From NCBI GenBank assembly GCA_951406725.2, contig OX597817.1, positions 71,362,001-71,426,000 on the forward strand: DNA of 64,000 nucleotides, given 5' to 3'. Numbering within the stretch: position 1 is the first letter of the stretch; every line of letters starts with the position of its first letter. Both the position numbers and the translations under genes were made by a program. The DNA is from Octopus vulgaris (Eukaryota). Below are positions 14,440 to 27,749 of the stretch, piece after piece. The notes beneath the pieces were generated by a model. That model had not been told where the DNA came from, ran no database searches, and saw nothing but the letters and a program-made list of their open reading frames with translations.

Positions 14440-14810
14440 TGGAAGACTCTACAAGGTCATTTTACCTGCTAGAAATAGTAACTAATTTTTTTTCTTTCTA
14501 ATGACACCTTTCTGTTATAAATTACAAGGCAATATAACATCAAAGGAGATTATGTCGTTGTTATATCTCTTAGAAATAGCACCCAAGAGCTTCTTTCTAT
14601 ATCACCGCTTCATCTTAAATACAAGAAGACATTGGATTATAGAGAGAGATACGTCATAGCTTAAAAGAAGGCATGAAGAACCAAGGAAGAAACATTTTAT
14701 ACAGTCATTTGAAATGCAAGAAATAGCATTCAAATCCACAAGCTTAGGACAAGCATCGTATAATGTTGTTTAGATACAGTATTTCGAGAGTCAGAGTACC
14801 TTTGATCATC
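14440..14810 (+). repeat. Unclassified old interspersed repeat (motif CTAGAAATAGCAGCCAAAT), three adjacent decayed pieces
   Basis: Motif variants at about 14469, 14571 and 14719; related copies near 25790, 38755, 50552, 50748 (+) and 21235, 61445 (-). Confidence 0.55.
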
Positions 14811-14881
14811 CTATTTGACGATAAATGAACATAATATATATAAAGATACTAAAAATCATCAGGTGAAAGAATCACGTATAT

Positions 14882-15083
14882 GACGGTTTCAAATTTTGGC
14901 ACAATGCCAGCAATCTCGGGGAAGCGGTAAGTCGATGAAATCAACCTCAGTGCTCAACTGGTACTTATTTTATCGACCTCGAAAGGGTGAAAAGCAAAGT
15001 TGACCTCGGCGGAATTTGAACTCAGAACATAAAAGCAGACGAAATTGCTTGGCGTGCTAAAGAGTCTGTCAGCTCGCCGCCTT
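14882..15083 (-). mobile_element. SINE family A monomer
   Basis: Full head and core; 12-bp TSD AATCACGTATAT at 14870-14881 and 15084-15095. Confidence 0.92.
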
Positions 15084-15528
15084 AATCACGTATATAATGA
15101 AACTTTTCAGATGTATTAAATGATATTCTTCGCTTTGTAATCATGAACAATCGGGTACAGTCCTACAACACGGCAGTATGGGCCATGCCTTTTATTATTA
15201 GTTTGGGTTGAGCCACGTTATGTTAGTTAAATTTGATTGCCGGAAACTGTATAGAAGTTTGTCAGATAAACTGAATCTGTAAAGGGATCCAACCTTGTCA
15301 CACTCATGGTCACTGTGCCTGGAGATTATGTCAGGGGTACAAATGTCCGTGGAATACTCAACCACTTATACTATAATTCATTATTCAATGAATAGGTAGA
15401 TCATTTGATCGAAAAAGGAAAAAACTATACTACTCAGCGCATCAAAATAGATGTATCATCCATTTGAAATTCTTCATACATACATACATACATACATACA
15501 TACATACATACATACATACATACATACA

Positions 15529-15559
<31 letters not shown>

Positions 15560-15777
15560 TATTTAATAAATACAATATATATTTTTATGTGTTACTATTA
15601 CTTTCATGTGCTGAGAGCATACAAGGCAGTATTTTTTAGCACGGCATGCTCTCAGCACATGAAGTTAATAGTAGCACATAAACAGACATACTGTGTTTAT
15701 TAAACAATATTTATCTCAGCAGATGGCGTACTTTTTTCTATTGATCTTGCCATCACGAAACAGCACACTCACACACA

Positions 15778-15858
<81 letters not shown>

Positions 15859-15924
15859 AGTCGTCATAATTTTTCTAAGCAAAATAGCATCAGCTGGTTG
15901 CAAGTCCTCACTGAACAGTTTTTA

Positions 15925-16150
15925 TTTCAGAGATTACCTTCTCCTAGATGGATTGTTTTCACTACAACTGGTGAGCATCATTTAACCCTTGTCTACTTTG
16001 GACACACGTTGACTCTCCTGAGTGCCTCAGCCCGTTGACGGCTCTTGGTTTTCATCTCTCAAGGTTGTCAGATATCACCCTCCTCATCAAGTAAGCATAG
16101 TAGGATTGCCGGTTGTACTAGGTTACATATTACAAGTAGCCCAAGAGTTT
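15925..16150 (-). mobile_element. Possible RTE-type LINE 5' region remnant
   Basis: TCAGAGATTACCTTCTCCTAGATGG resembles the reverse complement of a motif I recall from RTE 5' UTRs; highly decayed. Confidence 0.35.
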
Positions 16151-16803
16151 CCTGACATATATATGTATATATATATATATATATATTTCAGAGAGAGAGA
16201 GAGAAAGAGCGAGAGAGGGGGAGTGAGAGGGGGGGAGAGAGAGAGAGAGAGAGAGGGAGATGGAGAGAGAGAGTGGAGAGGAAGCATCAAACACGGAACA
16301 GAAATATGGTAAGGAAAAACTATATTAGACATTTGATTAATATTGCGTTGACTATTTTCGAGAAGAACAGGCGGCAATACCGAACATGTTTCGGTATCAA
16401 CACACTTCTTTAGCTAAGTATATACTTCACTTCTACAGTGATTTCCGTTAGAGTAAACATAGACACAATGTGTGTATGTGTGTGTGTGTTTCGGTGAATA
16501 TGTATGAGTGTGTGTTTATATTGTGAGCGTGTGTGTGTGTGTGTGCGTGCATGTGCATGTGCATCTGGACGCATAGGTTTGGGGAAAAGGATATCTTAGA
16601 ATTTTGGAATTTATTGATAACTACCGTAATATATAATAATTATTTTTATTGTCTTGGTTCAAAGACTTTCCAAGAGCTGGGAGACCGACAGGGATCATAC
16701 TTATCTTAAGGATATACATGTTAGCAACCGCAGGAAATACATGAACAAGGAATGAATTCCAGAGAACCGGGGTTCTTCGGGGAAAAGGACTGGGAGTAGT
16801 AAC

Positions 16804-16925
16804 TGGTTTGAAATTTTGGTGCAAGGTCAGCAGTTTTGGTGGCAGAACACTAGTCGATTATATCGACCCCAGTGCCCGACTGATACTTATTTTATCGACC
16901 CTGAAAAGATGAAAGGCAAAGTCGA
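16804..16925 (-). mobile_element. SINE family A, 3' half
   Basis: GTCGATTATATCGACCCCAGTG...GATGAAAGGCAAAGTCGA. Confidence 0.8.
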
Positions 16926-17193
16926 ATGAAAGAAGTAATTCGAGCGAGACCACCCAGATATGGGTATAATATAGGGGAAGAGAGAAGGAGAAATTAGTGC
17001 GTGGAGTAAAGTTGCACAGATGCAACCATCTCTAAGGAGAGGTGGCAACTATGGTAGAGGTAGAAGGGATTGAATGAAGAAACCGTTCCACTGTAGATCA
17101 GGGTCTGCGATATGTTGGTGAGAGACTTCATGCTAATTACTCTCTCTCTCTCTCTCTCCCGCTCTCTTTCTTTCTCTCTCTCTCTTTCTCCCT

Positions 17194-17230
<37 letters not shown>

Positions 17231-17374
17231 CATATATATATATAAATGATAAATAATATATATATAATATATAATATATAATATATAATATAATATAATA
17301 TAATATAATATACTAAAATATATATATATAATATATAAAATATAATATATAATATAATATATATAATATATATA

Positions 17375-17423
<49 letters not shown>

Positions 17424-17451
17424 ACATATATACATACATATGCATATATAG

Positions 17452-17765
17452 GTACAGGACGTCACCAACGGTACAAATAACATGAAATACGCAAACAAAC
17501 GAGTTAAATACGTAAACAACGAGAAAAAATGGAAAACAGGATAAGTAAACACAGAGAAAGGACCCTTCATCAGTTGTCAGTTATCTATCTACTCCTCATT
17601 TCGAGCATTCAACGACAATATGAGTCTTCAAAGACAGTTGGTCCCATAAATTCTAAAATAAATTTCAAGATTTATGGAGAGTCAAAGTTGGGAACAAAAA
17701 CATGACAATGGAAACATACAATGAAACCGAACGAAAACAAACATGGTGGGGTCGTTAGACCAGAT
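17452..17765 (-). mobile_element. Penelope-like terminal-repeat remnant flanked by (TA)n
   Basis: Homologous in inverted orientation to 36880-37058 (CAACTGA(T/A)GAAG...GTCCTGTAC); TA-flanked; class assignment is inference. Confidence 0.5.
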
Positions 17766-17785
17766 GTATATATATATATATACAT

Positions 17786-17960
17786 ACGAGTTTGAGTGAA
17801 AAGTTCCTGGCTTTAAGGGTAACGCGAAACGCCTGGTCCTGTTACAGAAAAACAGAAGAACTGTTGCAATAAGCGTGTGAATCTGTTGAATAAAATCATA
17901 ATTAAGTGATTCCCATGTATTTTCTTTTCCCCAAAGCCCGGAACTTTTCAGAACATATTG
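17786..17960. mobile_element. Mariner-type MITE
   Basis: Inverted ends TGAAAAGTTCCTGGCTTT / AAAGCCCGGAACTTTTCA, starts TA-CGAG; same family inverted at 46970-47139. Confidence 0.75.
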
Positions 17961-18047
17961 CTTTTATATATGTATGTGTGTATGTATGTGTGTGTGTATC
18001 CTAATTTTAACGATATTTCTTTTACAAAGTATGTTTGATCGATCTTG

Positions 18048-18090
<43 letters not shown>

Positions 18091-18857
18091 CTCTCCTTCT
18101 TTGTCTGACCGGAGGAAATATGCAATAAACTACAAAGACACTTCTGATAGTTTTTTCTCTCTTTTTATCCGAAAACGTTTACATTTCTTTCATTATTTTC
18201 TTCTTGTTATTGCAGTTATTTTTATTTTTCTTCCTTCCAATATTTATTGCGCGCGCGTGTGTGTGTGTGTGAGTGTCAATATGAATGAGTTTGTGTGTGT
18301 GTGTCTGAGTGCGCAATAAGGTAAAATGAAAAGCAAGCCGAAAGTCATAACCTGAATAATTCTGCGAGTCAATGACGGAGGTTGTATAATAATGACCAGG
18401 CAGCCGACCGAGTGGCCATCAATTCGAATTTGCTGTAAATCATACCTTACCATCAAATAGATATAAGTCCGTACGTATGTTAAAAGGGATACGCGTTAAT
18501 TAATGTAGGCCAAAATACAATGTCCGAAAGTAAGGAACGACAGCCGTAGCTGGAACGCCTTTGATAATAGGTGGCTATTCATTCAGAGTGCATGGTGGGG
18601 AGATAAATAACAACAACAGCACCAGCGACATCAACAACAACAACAACAACAACAACCGAAATGACTGGAGTGAAAGCAAAAGGAATACAAATAATTATAT
18701 TAATGAAATTAAATTACTAACAAAAGACGATCCACCACCAGTTCGATTAGTGCCCCCTGGTGACTTCCATAGCAAAAAATTATATGCCTTTATCATTGAG
18801 TTTTCTTGGATACCGACTGATTTCATCCAAGTGTTTGTTTGTTTTTTTTTCACAAGG

Positions 18858-18997
18858 TGCAAGCGTTGCTATGTCGTAAGAAGTTTGCTTCCCAACCACA
18901 TGGTACCGGGTTCAGTCCCACTGCGTGGCATATCGGGCATGTGTCTTCTACTGTAGCCTCGGATCGACCAAAACCTTGTGAGTGGGTTTGGTACACT
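18858..18997 (+). mobile_element. SINE family B, 5' half
   Basis: CCAACCACATGGTACCGGGTTCAGTCCCACTGCGTGGCA...GTGTCTTCTACTGTAGCCTCGG. Confidence 0.8.
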
Positions 18998-19110
18998 GAT
19001 ACATACATACATACATACATACATACATACATACATACATACATACATACATACATACGTATGTACGTACGTCTGGCCCACTGGTTGGCTAGCTGGCTGG
19101 CTGGTTGGCT

Positions 19111-19565
19111 AAGTACCAGTTACGCACTGGGGTCAATATAATCAACTTAATCCGTTTGTCTGTCCTTGTTCGTTCCCTCTGTGTTTAGCCCCTTGTGGGT
19201 AGTAAAGAAATAGGTATTTCGTCTGTCGCTACGTTCTGAGTTCAAATTCCGCTGAGGTCGACTTTGCCTTTCATCCTTTCGGGGTCGATTAAATAAGTAC
19301 CAGTTACGCACAGGGGTCGATATAATCGGCTTAATCCGTTTGTCTGTCCTTGTTTGTCCTCTCTGTGTTTAGCCCCTTGTGGGTAGTAAAGAAATAGATA
19401 TTTCGTATGTCTTTACAATCTGAGTTAAAATTCCGCTGAGGTCGACTTTGCCTTTCATCCTTTCGACGTCGATAAATTAAGTACCAGTTGCGTACTGGAG
19501 TCGGTGTAATCGATTGACCCCTCGCCCCAAACTTTCGGGCCTTGTGCCTAGAGTAGAAAAGAATA
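19111..19565 (+). mobile_element. SINE family A head-to-tail multimer (partial unit, 184-bp unit, terminal unit with a different tail)
   Basis: Junctions AAAGAAATAG|GTATTTCG at 19213/19214 and AAAGAAATAG|ATATTTCG at 19397/19398. Confidence 0.92.
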
Positions 19566-20068
19566 AGTTGGTTAGGGGAACAATGGTAGGATTTTTACAT
19601 TCCTTTTCTCTTCAGAGTGTTGAAATTTGTGCGGCTAATGCCCAGCTTAAACATCCATTTCAAAGTCAGAGGTACAATGAATATAAAAAGCATAAACGTT
19701 GAAAGAACGAGGTGGGTACAGGTCTGAACACTTGCAGCATAGTGCATTTCACAAGAAGCACTTAATGACTTGGTTGTTAGTGCTAAACAGCGCGGCATTT
19801 TTAGGCTTAGGTAAGATAAGTGAAATCTTGAGTAAAGTTTCGATTCTCGATCGATGAAATATAGTTCGCTTTACTTCATAACGCTTCATTTACGTTGCTA
19901 ATGCACTGGAGAATACATAAAAAAGATCTCAAACAATCTTTTTTCTTTTTTGTCATGTCCGCAATAAAATATCAGAAGCCTTCAATGTGACTACGTAAGA
20001 AATCTAAAGAGCGAATTGCTGCCATATTCAAAATCAAAACTACGCGTTTCACTTTAATTTGTAGGCAA

Positions 20069-20069
<1 letters not shown>

Positions 20070-20136
<67 letters not shown>

Positions 20137-20391
20137 GTTGTTGTTGTTGAAATTTGTCTTTGTCATGTTCTTTCATCCATCGCCCTTGTTGAAAATAAAG
20201 AAACGATTACTATTAGTATTATCTTATTTTTTACAAATAATTTTTTTCTTTTTTGTGCAAGATTTTATGTTTCTATCCTCCCCTTTTGATTATTGATACC
20301 GTTCGATGTTTTTATTTTCTTTCTTTCTTTTTTTGTTCACACCAACCAATCAAGAATTGAGTCGAAATTTATTTATGAATCGTTATTATTA

Positions 20392-20435
<44 letters not shown>

Positions 20436-20474
20436 GTTATTATTATTGTTGTTGTTGTTGTTGTTGTTATTGTT

Positions 20475-20533
<59 letters not shown>
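20070..20533. repeat. Two (ATT)n/(GTT)n microsatellites (20070-20147 and 20383-20533)
   Basis: Directly visible; explain the poly-N and poly-L ORFs. Confidence 0.95.
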
Positions 20534-20535
<2 letters not shown>

Positions 20536-21878
20536 TATGCGATCAATGAGCTTAATTAATACCTCAGTGCCTTTTATCCGATCCTCTGACGCTGGTAACA
20601 AATCCTCCTGACAATGATAGATGTTTTCTTTTTCTGTTTGTTTTGTTTTATTATTTTCTCCATTTTTATTTTTTATGATTTGTTTCTACTTCAAGCATTG
20701 CAAATTTTATAGCATCGTATCATCATCGCAGAATTGCTCTTTTTATTCGTTATCAGCCATTAGATATGCTTTTTAATCCAAACTGTTGTCCCACATTTGC
20801 TAATTCGATTAATGTAGTGAAAGTAGTGGCGGAGGTGTTAGTGTTGGGAGAGATCAGCTTTGGAACTAACGCAAATGAAGACGTCAACAACCCATTCACA
20901 ATAGCTTGGTTTCGAATTTCGTTTAAATTTGTTGACCTAACTTTTTCTAATTTTTTTTTTTTTGGCACTCATCGATATGTTCGTGAGGAAGGCATCAACA
21001 CCACTACTTTCAATTTTGATCCACTTTTGCATTTACCATAATGATTCGCGAGACAACGAGGAAAGGAAACCATCTAATATGGTCAGCCGATTTCCAGAAA
21101 AAGCAGACCTGTGATCAAAGACATTTCAACTGTGATCATAGCGTCTTTTTAGTACAATACAGTATTATATTATTTAATGTCTCATGTCCTTATATAAGAC
21201 GTTAAGGTATGATATATGAGAGATTTTATTACTATTTCTACCAGGTCAAGCTACCATACAGATCAATCGATGGCTCGTACAATTAATGTATTTGCTTGTG
21301 GCATTAGTGGCCTTAATGAGATGAAATGGCTTTAGCCGATTATCGAAACATCATCGTAGAATCCATATGCCAAGTATTTCCCTGTTTCACTACAAGACTG
21401 TATCTTCCGTATCTTCAAAATTATTGATTTCTCTGATTGGAAAACGGCCAGTCAAATACAAAGATCTGTAGAGTATAAGTATTGTCAATTGAATCGATCT
21501 AAGTATAATGGCTAATTATCTTATTGACTGACTCCAGAGGGCTAAAATACCTCCTCGACCCCGGAGAGTGTATCTAGACAATGTAGTTAATTTTATCCTG
21601 TGCTTCACTTTTTCTACAGTCTCATCGCTTTCAATAGCGCTTAAATAATAATAGTAATCGGTTTAATGTGTATGGGTGGGTGCGTGTGCGTGTAAAGTGT
21701 CATTTCTGTGTATGGCCAGGAATTCGACGCTTTTGTTGAGTTTTTCAGTTTTCAGAATACGTTGCAGCGTAAGTTGTGAATCAAAGAATTAGCGGCTGCT
21801 CTGTTTTGGGTGTAGCCGGTTCTGGATGGTTAACGTGAGATTTTATATACGTATGTATGTATGTATGTATCTCTCTCA

Positions 21879-22037
<159 letters not shown>

Positions 22038-22209
22038 GAGATAGATAGATAGATATATGAATTTATGTCGCAAGGTTTCTGATATGAAATCGTGTGTTGA
22101 AACAGATATTGTTGTATTTCGGGACGGTCATTTTTTTCTGCCTAAATAAACACAAGCACTATACATTCGTTCTTCACTCGTTTATTACTATTATTCTAAC
22201 TCTTGTTCA

Positions 22210-22258
22210 TTGTCCGGAAACCTTTCGTCACACATCTATGACCTCTTCAGTGATACAT
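22210..22258 (-). ncRNA. Degenerate minimal hammerhead ribozyme motif in a Penelope-like remnant
   Basis: Minus strand CTGAAGA-G-GTCAT-AGATGT-GTGAC-GAAA-GGTTTC: both core boxes and helix II present; helices I and III decayed. Confidence 0.55.
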
Positions 22259-22347
22259 TCTGTCTTCATGTGTGCTCTGTTCCACTTATTTCATTCTGTT
22301 CTTCTATGATGTGTATCCTTATATGCGCATGCGTTTACATCCGTGTT

Positions 22348-22398
<51 letters not shown>

Positions 22399-22623
22399 GT
22401 TAGATTACCTAGAATGCTAGAAATAAGAGCTAAAATGCTCTAGCATTGTAGGCGTTCTAATACCCCCTGTCATAGTTAATGAGATTTTGACAATTATAGT
22501 TTTCCTTTTTGGTGATACATTGCTAAACTGCTATATATACATATATATATATATACACATATAAAATCTACATACATACATATATATTTATATCTATCTA
22601 TCTATCTCTCTCTCTCTCTCTCT

Positions 22624-22671
<48 letters not shown>

Positions 22672-23790
22672 CATATATGTATGTATATTTTATATATATA
22701 TAAACTACAAAGAAAAGTAACAATAGAAAAACTTTTAAAAATTTGAAAATATAACAGAAAATAAGATATAGAAACATCAAATACATAAGTAAAAAGAAAT
22801 AAAGAAATCTATCCCCTGTAATATAAAAATCGATTATCGAAATGTCTCGTTAGAGGTGGAGCCGATTGATTAATAGTCGTTGCTGCTTTTTATACGTATT
22901 TTGGTTATTTTTTCTTTGTAAGAAGTTTTTGTGTGTTTCTTTAATATCATGTTTAGTCTCAATCTCTTCAATCATTTCCTTTGATTATTTGAGAGACTGG
23001 GGTCGATTCTAAGAATTACCAAAGTTATATTTCCAAATCTTTCTCTATGAATCCACAATGTCTTCGACGGTTGTAAATTAAATTAATAGACAGGTCAGAT
23101 GAACAGATCGATAATAACACAGGCGATCGGTCACTCATGAGAACAGAAAAGAAAACATGCTAGATGGTCTGGTGCTACCATAATAAGTCTGTTTTCGCGT
23201 CAGCTTTGCGATTGATTTTATCCTCTTTCTTTCTATTCTTCCTCAGATTGTTATAAAGCCGATAAGATAATGATTTCTCAACGTTGGCCTGCCAAAATAC
23301 TTGACTAGAATCGACGTTTCAAACTTCTCGTTGAATCTATCTCACTTCACTTACTCTGTTAATGTCCATGTATGCATCAGAATCTAGATGACCGGATAGA
23401 GGAAGTTTTAAACAGTATTTGTTTTGTCCTGGGATGTGCCCACCGCACGTTCTCCAATGTCTTTAACTTACATCTATTACTCTCTTTAGGCTGGAAGAGA
23501 GTCAATAATATAACTACCGAACATGTACTGTGCACAAATCAATTCATACTCCTCTTTTGTGGATTGATTGCAATATGTCAGGGTAAGAAGTAATTGGATC
23601 AGTCCAACTTCGAAGAGATCAAGGATGAAATCGATCTATGTAGAATTTATAAGTTGAATATTGAGAAATAAAACAGTACAAACTAATATATTGACATCGA
23701 TTACGCTTCAAGTAATTAAGCCGAAAAATATGACGAAAAGGCTGAAAGATAAATGTCTATATAACGCATTAATTTACTTGGTTATATAAT

Positions 23791-24005
23791 CTTTTCTATT
23801 AAAGGCACATGGGCTGAAATTTGTGTGGAGAGAGTAAGTCGATATCATCAACCCCAGTACTCAACTGGTTCTTAATGTAACGACCCCGAACGGATGAAGG
23901 GTAAAGTCAACCTCGGCAGAATTTGTACTCAGAACGTAAAGACGAACGAAATGCTGTTAAACGTCTTGCTCGGCGTGCTAACGATTTTGCAAGCTCGCTG
24001 CCTTA
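23791..24005 (-). mobile_element. SINE family A monomer (second decayed copy follows at about 24040-24210)
   Basis: TSD ACTTGGTTATA(T/C)AAT at 23776-23790 and 24006-24020. Confidence 0.88.
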
Positions 24006-24543
24006 ACTTGGTTATACAATGCAGTGATAATGCAAGATCAGTAATTTTAGTGGGAGGGTTTTTGTCAATTACATCGACCCCGGGGTTTAACTAGTACTTA
24101 GAACCTGAGAGGATGAAAGGCAACGTCAAACTCGTCTCAATTAGGACTCAGAACGTAAAGAACCTGAAGAAATGTTGCTAAACATTTTATCTGACGCACC
24201 AACGATTCTGAATAACAAATACTAAAAGCTAAATAATAACACTGATGCAGCTATTGAATCAGTAACTTTATGACAGTTAAGGAATGAATCTCTCGTCTCA
24301 AATGGTATAAAACACAGTCACTTGCTTAAAGATATTGGTAGATTGCAACTGAAAAATAGATGTAGGTTTGATACAGAAAATAGCAACACTAGGATATGGA
24401 AGCATTATTAGGGAATTCTTCCGTAACATTTATTCACCTTCAACATTTTTGTTAGCACATTAGTTTATCTTGAATATTTTAAACCTTCAATCACATTTAG
24501 TTCGAGATGTACTTTTTAAGAAACGAAACTTGATGCATTAACC

Positions 24544-24593
<50 letters not shown>

Positions 24594-24596
24594 TAA

Positions 24597-24990
24597 CTAG
24601 CGGAACCCGTAAATATTTCATGGAATTAATGGTAAACTTATTGGGTAATTCTGAAAACTTTATCCAAAATAACTGAAAGCGTAGCTTGCGTTGTCTGTGT
24701 CAAAAGATAGTCGCTCATCTACTAATCATTGAAAAGTGAGGGAAATTGGAAGTCGATGATTAATTACTTAATGCACTTTATATATACACTTTATATACTT
24801 TATGCACAATTTTATAGACTTAATGCACAGCACTCTCTGTCTCACTTTTCGCCCTACCCTCTTTTTTTTCTCTCCTTTTTCTTTCGGTCTTCGCCTTTTC
24901 CTTCAACTAATTGCGTGAACGCGTTAGAGACTGGCTAAGTAATGGAGGTAAAGAAAAAAAAGAAAACTTTAAAAAAAAAAACCCCATTTC
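24597..24990 (-). mobile_element. Probable non-autonomous Helitron 3' portion
   Basis: Minus strand ends in imperfect hairpin CCATGAAATATTTACGGG then TTCCG-CTAG|T, a Helitron-type 3' terminus; 5' extent uncertain. Confidence 0.45.
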
Positions 24991-25103
24991 ACTCACCACC
25001 ACCTCTTCCGGCGTGGTAACGATTCTGCCTGCTCGCTGCCTTAAAAAGTATTTAGGCCTTACCGAGATACTTCTTAAGGCAGCGTGCTTAACGATAATAA
25101 TAA

Positions 25104-25316
25104 TGGTTTCAAATTTTGGGACAAAGCCAACAATTTTAGGATAATGGTAAGCCGATAACATCGACCCCAGTATTTTATTGACCCCGAAAGGATGAAATTG
25201 ATCCCGAAAGTATGCAAAGTCGATCCCGGTGGCATTTGAACTCAGAACGTAAAACCGGAAGAAATGCCGCTAAGCATTTTTACTGGCGCGGTAAGGATTC
25301 TACCAGCACGCCGCCT
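25104..25316 (-). mobile_element. SINE family A monomer (head fragment of another copy at about 25005-25042)
   Basis: GGTTTCAAATTTTGGGACAAAGCC...GAACTCAGAACGTAAA...CCAGCACGCCGCC. Confidence 0.85.
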
Positions 25317-25584
25317 AAACACTTTTTAAAGAGGTGAGCTTAATGATAATAATAATAATAATTATGATTATTATAATTTTTTTTTCTTTTATGACTGTCA
25401 CAGGGACTCTTTCGTACATACGAGGTATGTGTGGTGCTATATATGGCGCATTAAAAGGCGCTATATATAGAAGTTACAAAAATGTGCAAATGGAGAAAGT
25501 TATATAAAAACGAGAGGTGGAATGAAAACGATAATACAAGTATATTTTCAAATTTTGATATCTGTTAAACATATAGGAAATTAT

Positions 25585-25660
<76 letters not shown>

Positions 25661-26052
25661 ACATACACATATATCATGAAAATAATTTACATTAACCCAT
25701 TGCACACAGGTGGCTGAGAACCACTTGCAAGTCCGGTTAGAGTACATCTCGTATCTGCCCGTCTGTCATTCAAACGTACACGCTCATTCAGCTAGAAATA
25801 ACAGCCAAATTCTCCTCGGATTTTATTCTCCAGTATTAGCCAAGAAGGTACTCATTGTATGATGATGTTTTCTGGACACGGAGTGAAAAGAAGATTGAAA
25901 GATCATTGGAATAGCGCCATGCTTGACAAAGTACGCCTGGGGCTAATCAGCAGCTGAAAAAGCGAGAAATAAAAAGGACTGCAACATCAACAACAACATC
26001 AGCAATAACCGAATAAATAACGGCTGCAGCTATAAAGATAGCAGCAACAGCA

Positions 26053-26760
26053 GTGGAGGGGCAATGGCCCAGTGGTTAGGGCAGCGGACTCGCGGTCGGA
26101 GGATCGCGGCTTCGATTCCCAGACCGGGCGTTGTGTGTGTTTATTGAGCGAAAACACCCAAAGCTCCACGAGGATCCGGCAGGGGGTGGTGGCGACCCCT
26201 GTTGTACTCTTTCACTCTTTTTTCCTGTTTCTTGTCCCCGACTTCCTACGCAACTGCTGAGCCCAGTGGTTAGGGCAGCGGACTCGCGGTCGTAAGTGCG
26301 CGGTTTCGATTCCCAGACTGGGCATTGTGAGTGTTTATTGAGCAAAATCACCTAAGCTCCACGAAGCTCCGGCGGGGGGTGGGGTGAACCCGCTGTACTC
26401 TTTCATCACAACTTTCTCTCACTCTTTCTTCCTACTTCTGCCACAAAGTAGAGGAACCATGGTGTAACCTACTATGGTGTGGTAAACTTTCAGACCCTAA
26501 TCTAGATTGCGAATCCTCTGTACCCCATGATGGTTCATCTCTCCACCCATTAAAAGCCACCGTTTACGGAATGAGGATACCAACGTAGCTTTCGCGCCCA
26601 TGCAACCGCCAGTCTATCGCATGTGGTGGGTGGATCTTCAAGTTGCCACACGCATTCTTAGTAGCTTAGAGTAGGTTCGAATTAGAGATTATTCTTTGTG
26701 GCTAATGGCGTGAGTCCTGATTGGAAGAAGAAGAAGAAGAAGAAGAAGAAGAAGAAGAAG
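26053..26760 (+). mobile_element. tRNA-derived SINE family C: short monomer fused to a long composite copy with (GAA)n tail
   Basis: A box TGGCCCAGTGG and B box G(C/T)TTCGATTCC twice (second unit from 26261); 26261-26760 matches 54841-55343 in inverted orientation; tail 26724-26760. Confidence 0.9.
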
Positions 26761-26781
26761 ACAGCAGCATCAAAAATTATA

Positions 26782-27197
26782 TATTTCTTTATTGGCCACT
26801 AGGAGCTAAACATAGAGGAGACAAACAAGGACAAAGGGCTTAAGTCGAGTACATCGACCCCAGTGCGAAACGGGTACTTTATTTATCGACCCCGAAAGGA
26901 TGAAAGACAAAGTCGACCTCGGTGGAATTTGAACTCAGAACGTGACGACTGACGAAATACCTATTTCTTTACTACCCACAAGGGGCTAAACACAGAGAGA
27001 ACAAACAAGGACAGACAGACAAATGGATTAAGTCGATCATATCGACCCCAGTGCGTAACTGGTACTTATTTAATCGACCCCGAAAGGATGAAAGGCAAAG
27101 TTGGCCTCGGCGGAATTTGAACTCAGAACGTAACGGCAGACGAAATACAGCTAAGCATTTCGGCCGGCGCGCTAACGTGTCTGCCAGCTCGCCGCCT
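26782..27197 (-). mobile_element. SINE family A dimer bounded by one TSD
   Basis: Internal junction at 26961/26960; TSD CAGCA(T/G)CAAAAATTATA at 26765-26781 and 27198-27214. Confidence 0.92.
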
Positions 27198-27749
27198 CAG
27201 CAGCAAAAATTATAGCAATAACAATGTCATCACCTCCAACAGCACAAAAAACGACAGCAATAACAACAGCAGCATCAGTACCAGCAGCAGCAACGGCAGC
27301 ATCACGAATAACAACAGCATTGACAACAAAAGCAAGTCATAACAATAAAAGCGGCAGCAGTAGCAACATCAGCAACATTAGTAACATCAACAGCAGCAGC
27401 AGCAACAACAACGAGGGTGGGGATGATGGTAACAACGATGAATAAAAAAGGTCAGAATAGAAACGCTGGGCAATTGTAATGATGGGCAGGAAATTGGTTG
27501 CAGAAGAATGAATTAGTGCCAAAGTCGGAACCCAAAATGATTCCGTGTGTCCAAGAACAATAGCATAAGATGTCCGACTGACTTGGCTGACTTTAGCCAA
27601 AATAAGGTTAGTGAAATACTGTAATGGAATAATAGAATAATGGAATAATGGAATAATGCTAGGTACGTTATTGATTGGTTCGGTTCGGTCGCTGGCGTAA
27701 CCAATAAGTTCTTTCTGTCTTAAAATGTGCGCATTCAGTGAGACAATGA

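Noticed and set aside
20753-21041. Overlapping 71-aa and 91-aa ORFs in unique sequence
   Set aside because: No motif or convincing splice sites; one depends on a T13 run.
23247-23582. Exon between a strong acceptor (23246) and donor G|GTAAGA
   Set aside because: Stops in all three frames soon after the acceptor; a non-coding exon cannot be supported from sequence alone.
26055-26130. tRNA gene
   Set aside because: A and B boxes present but no closed acceptor stem; continues into a SINE body seen in several copies.
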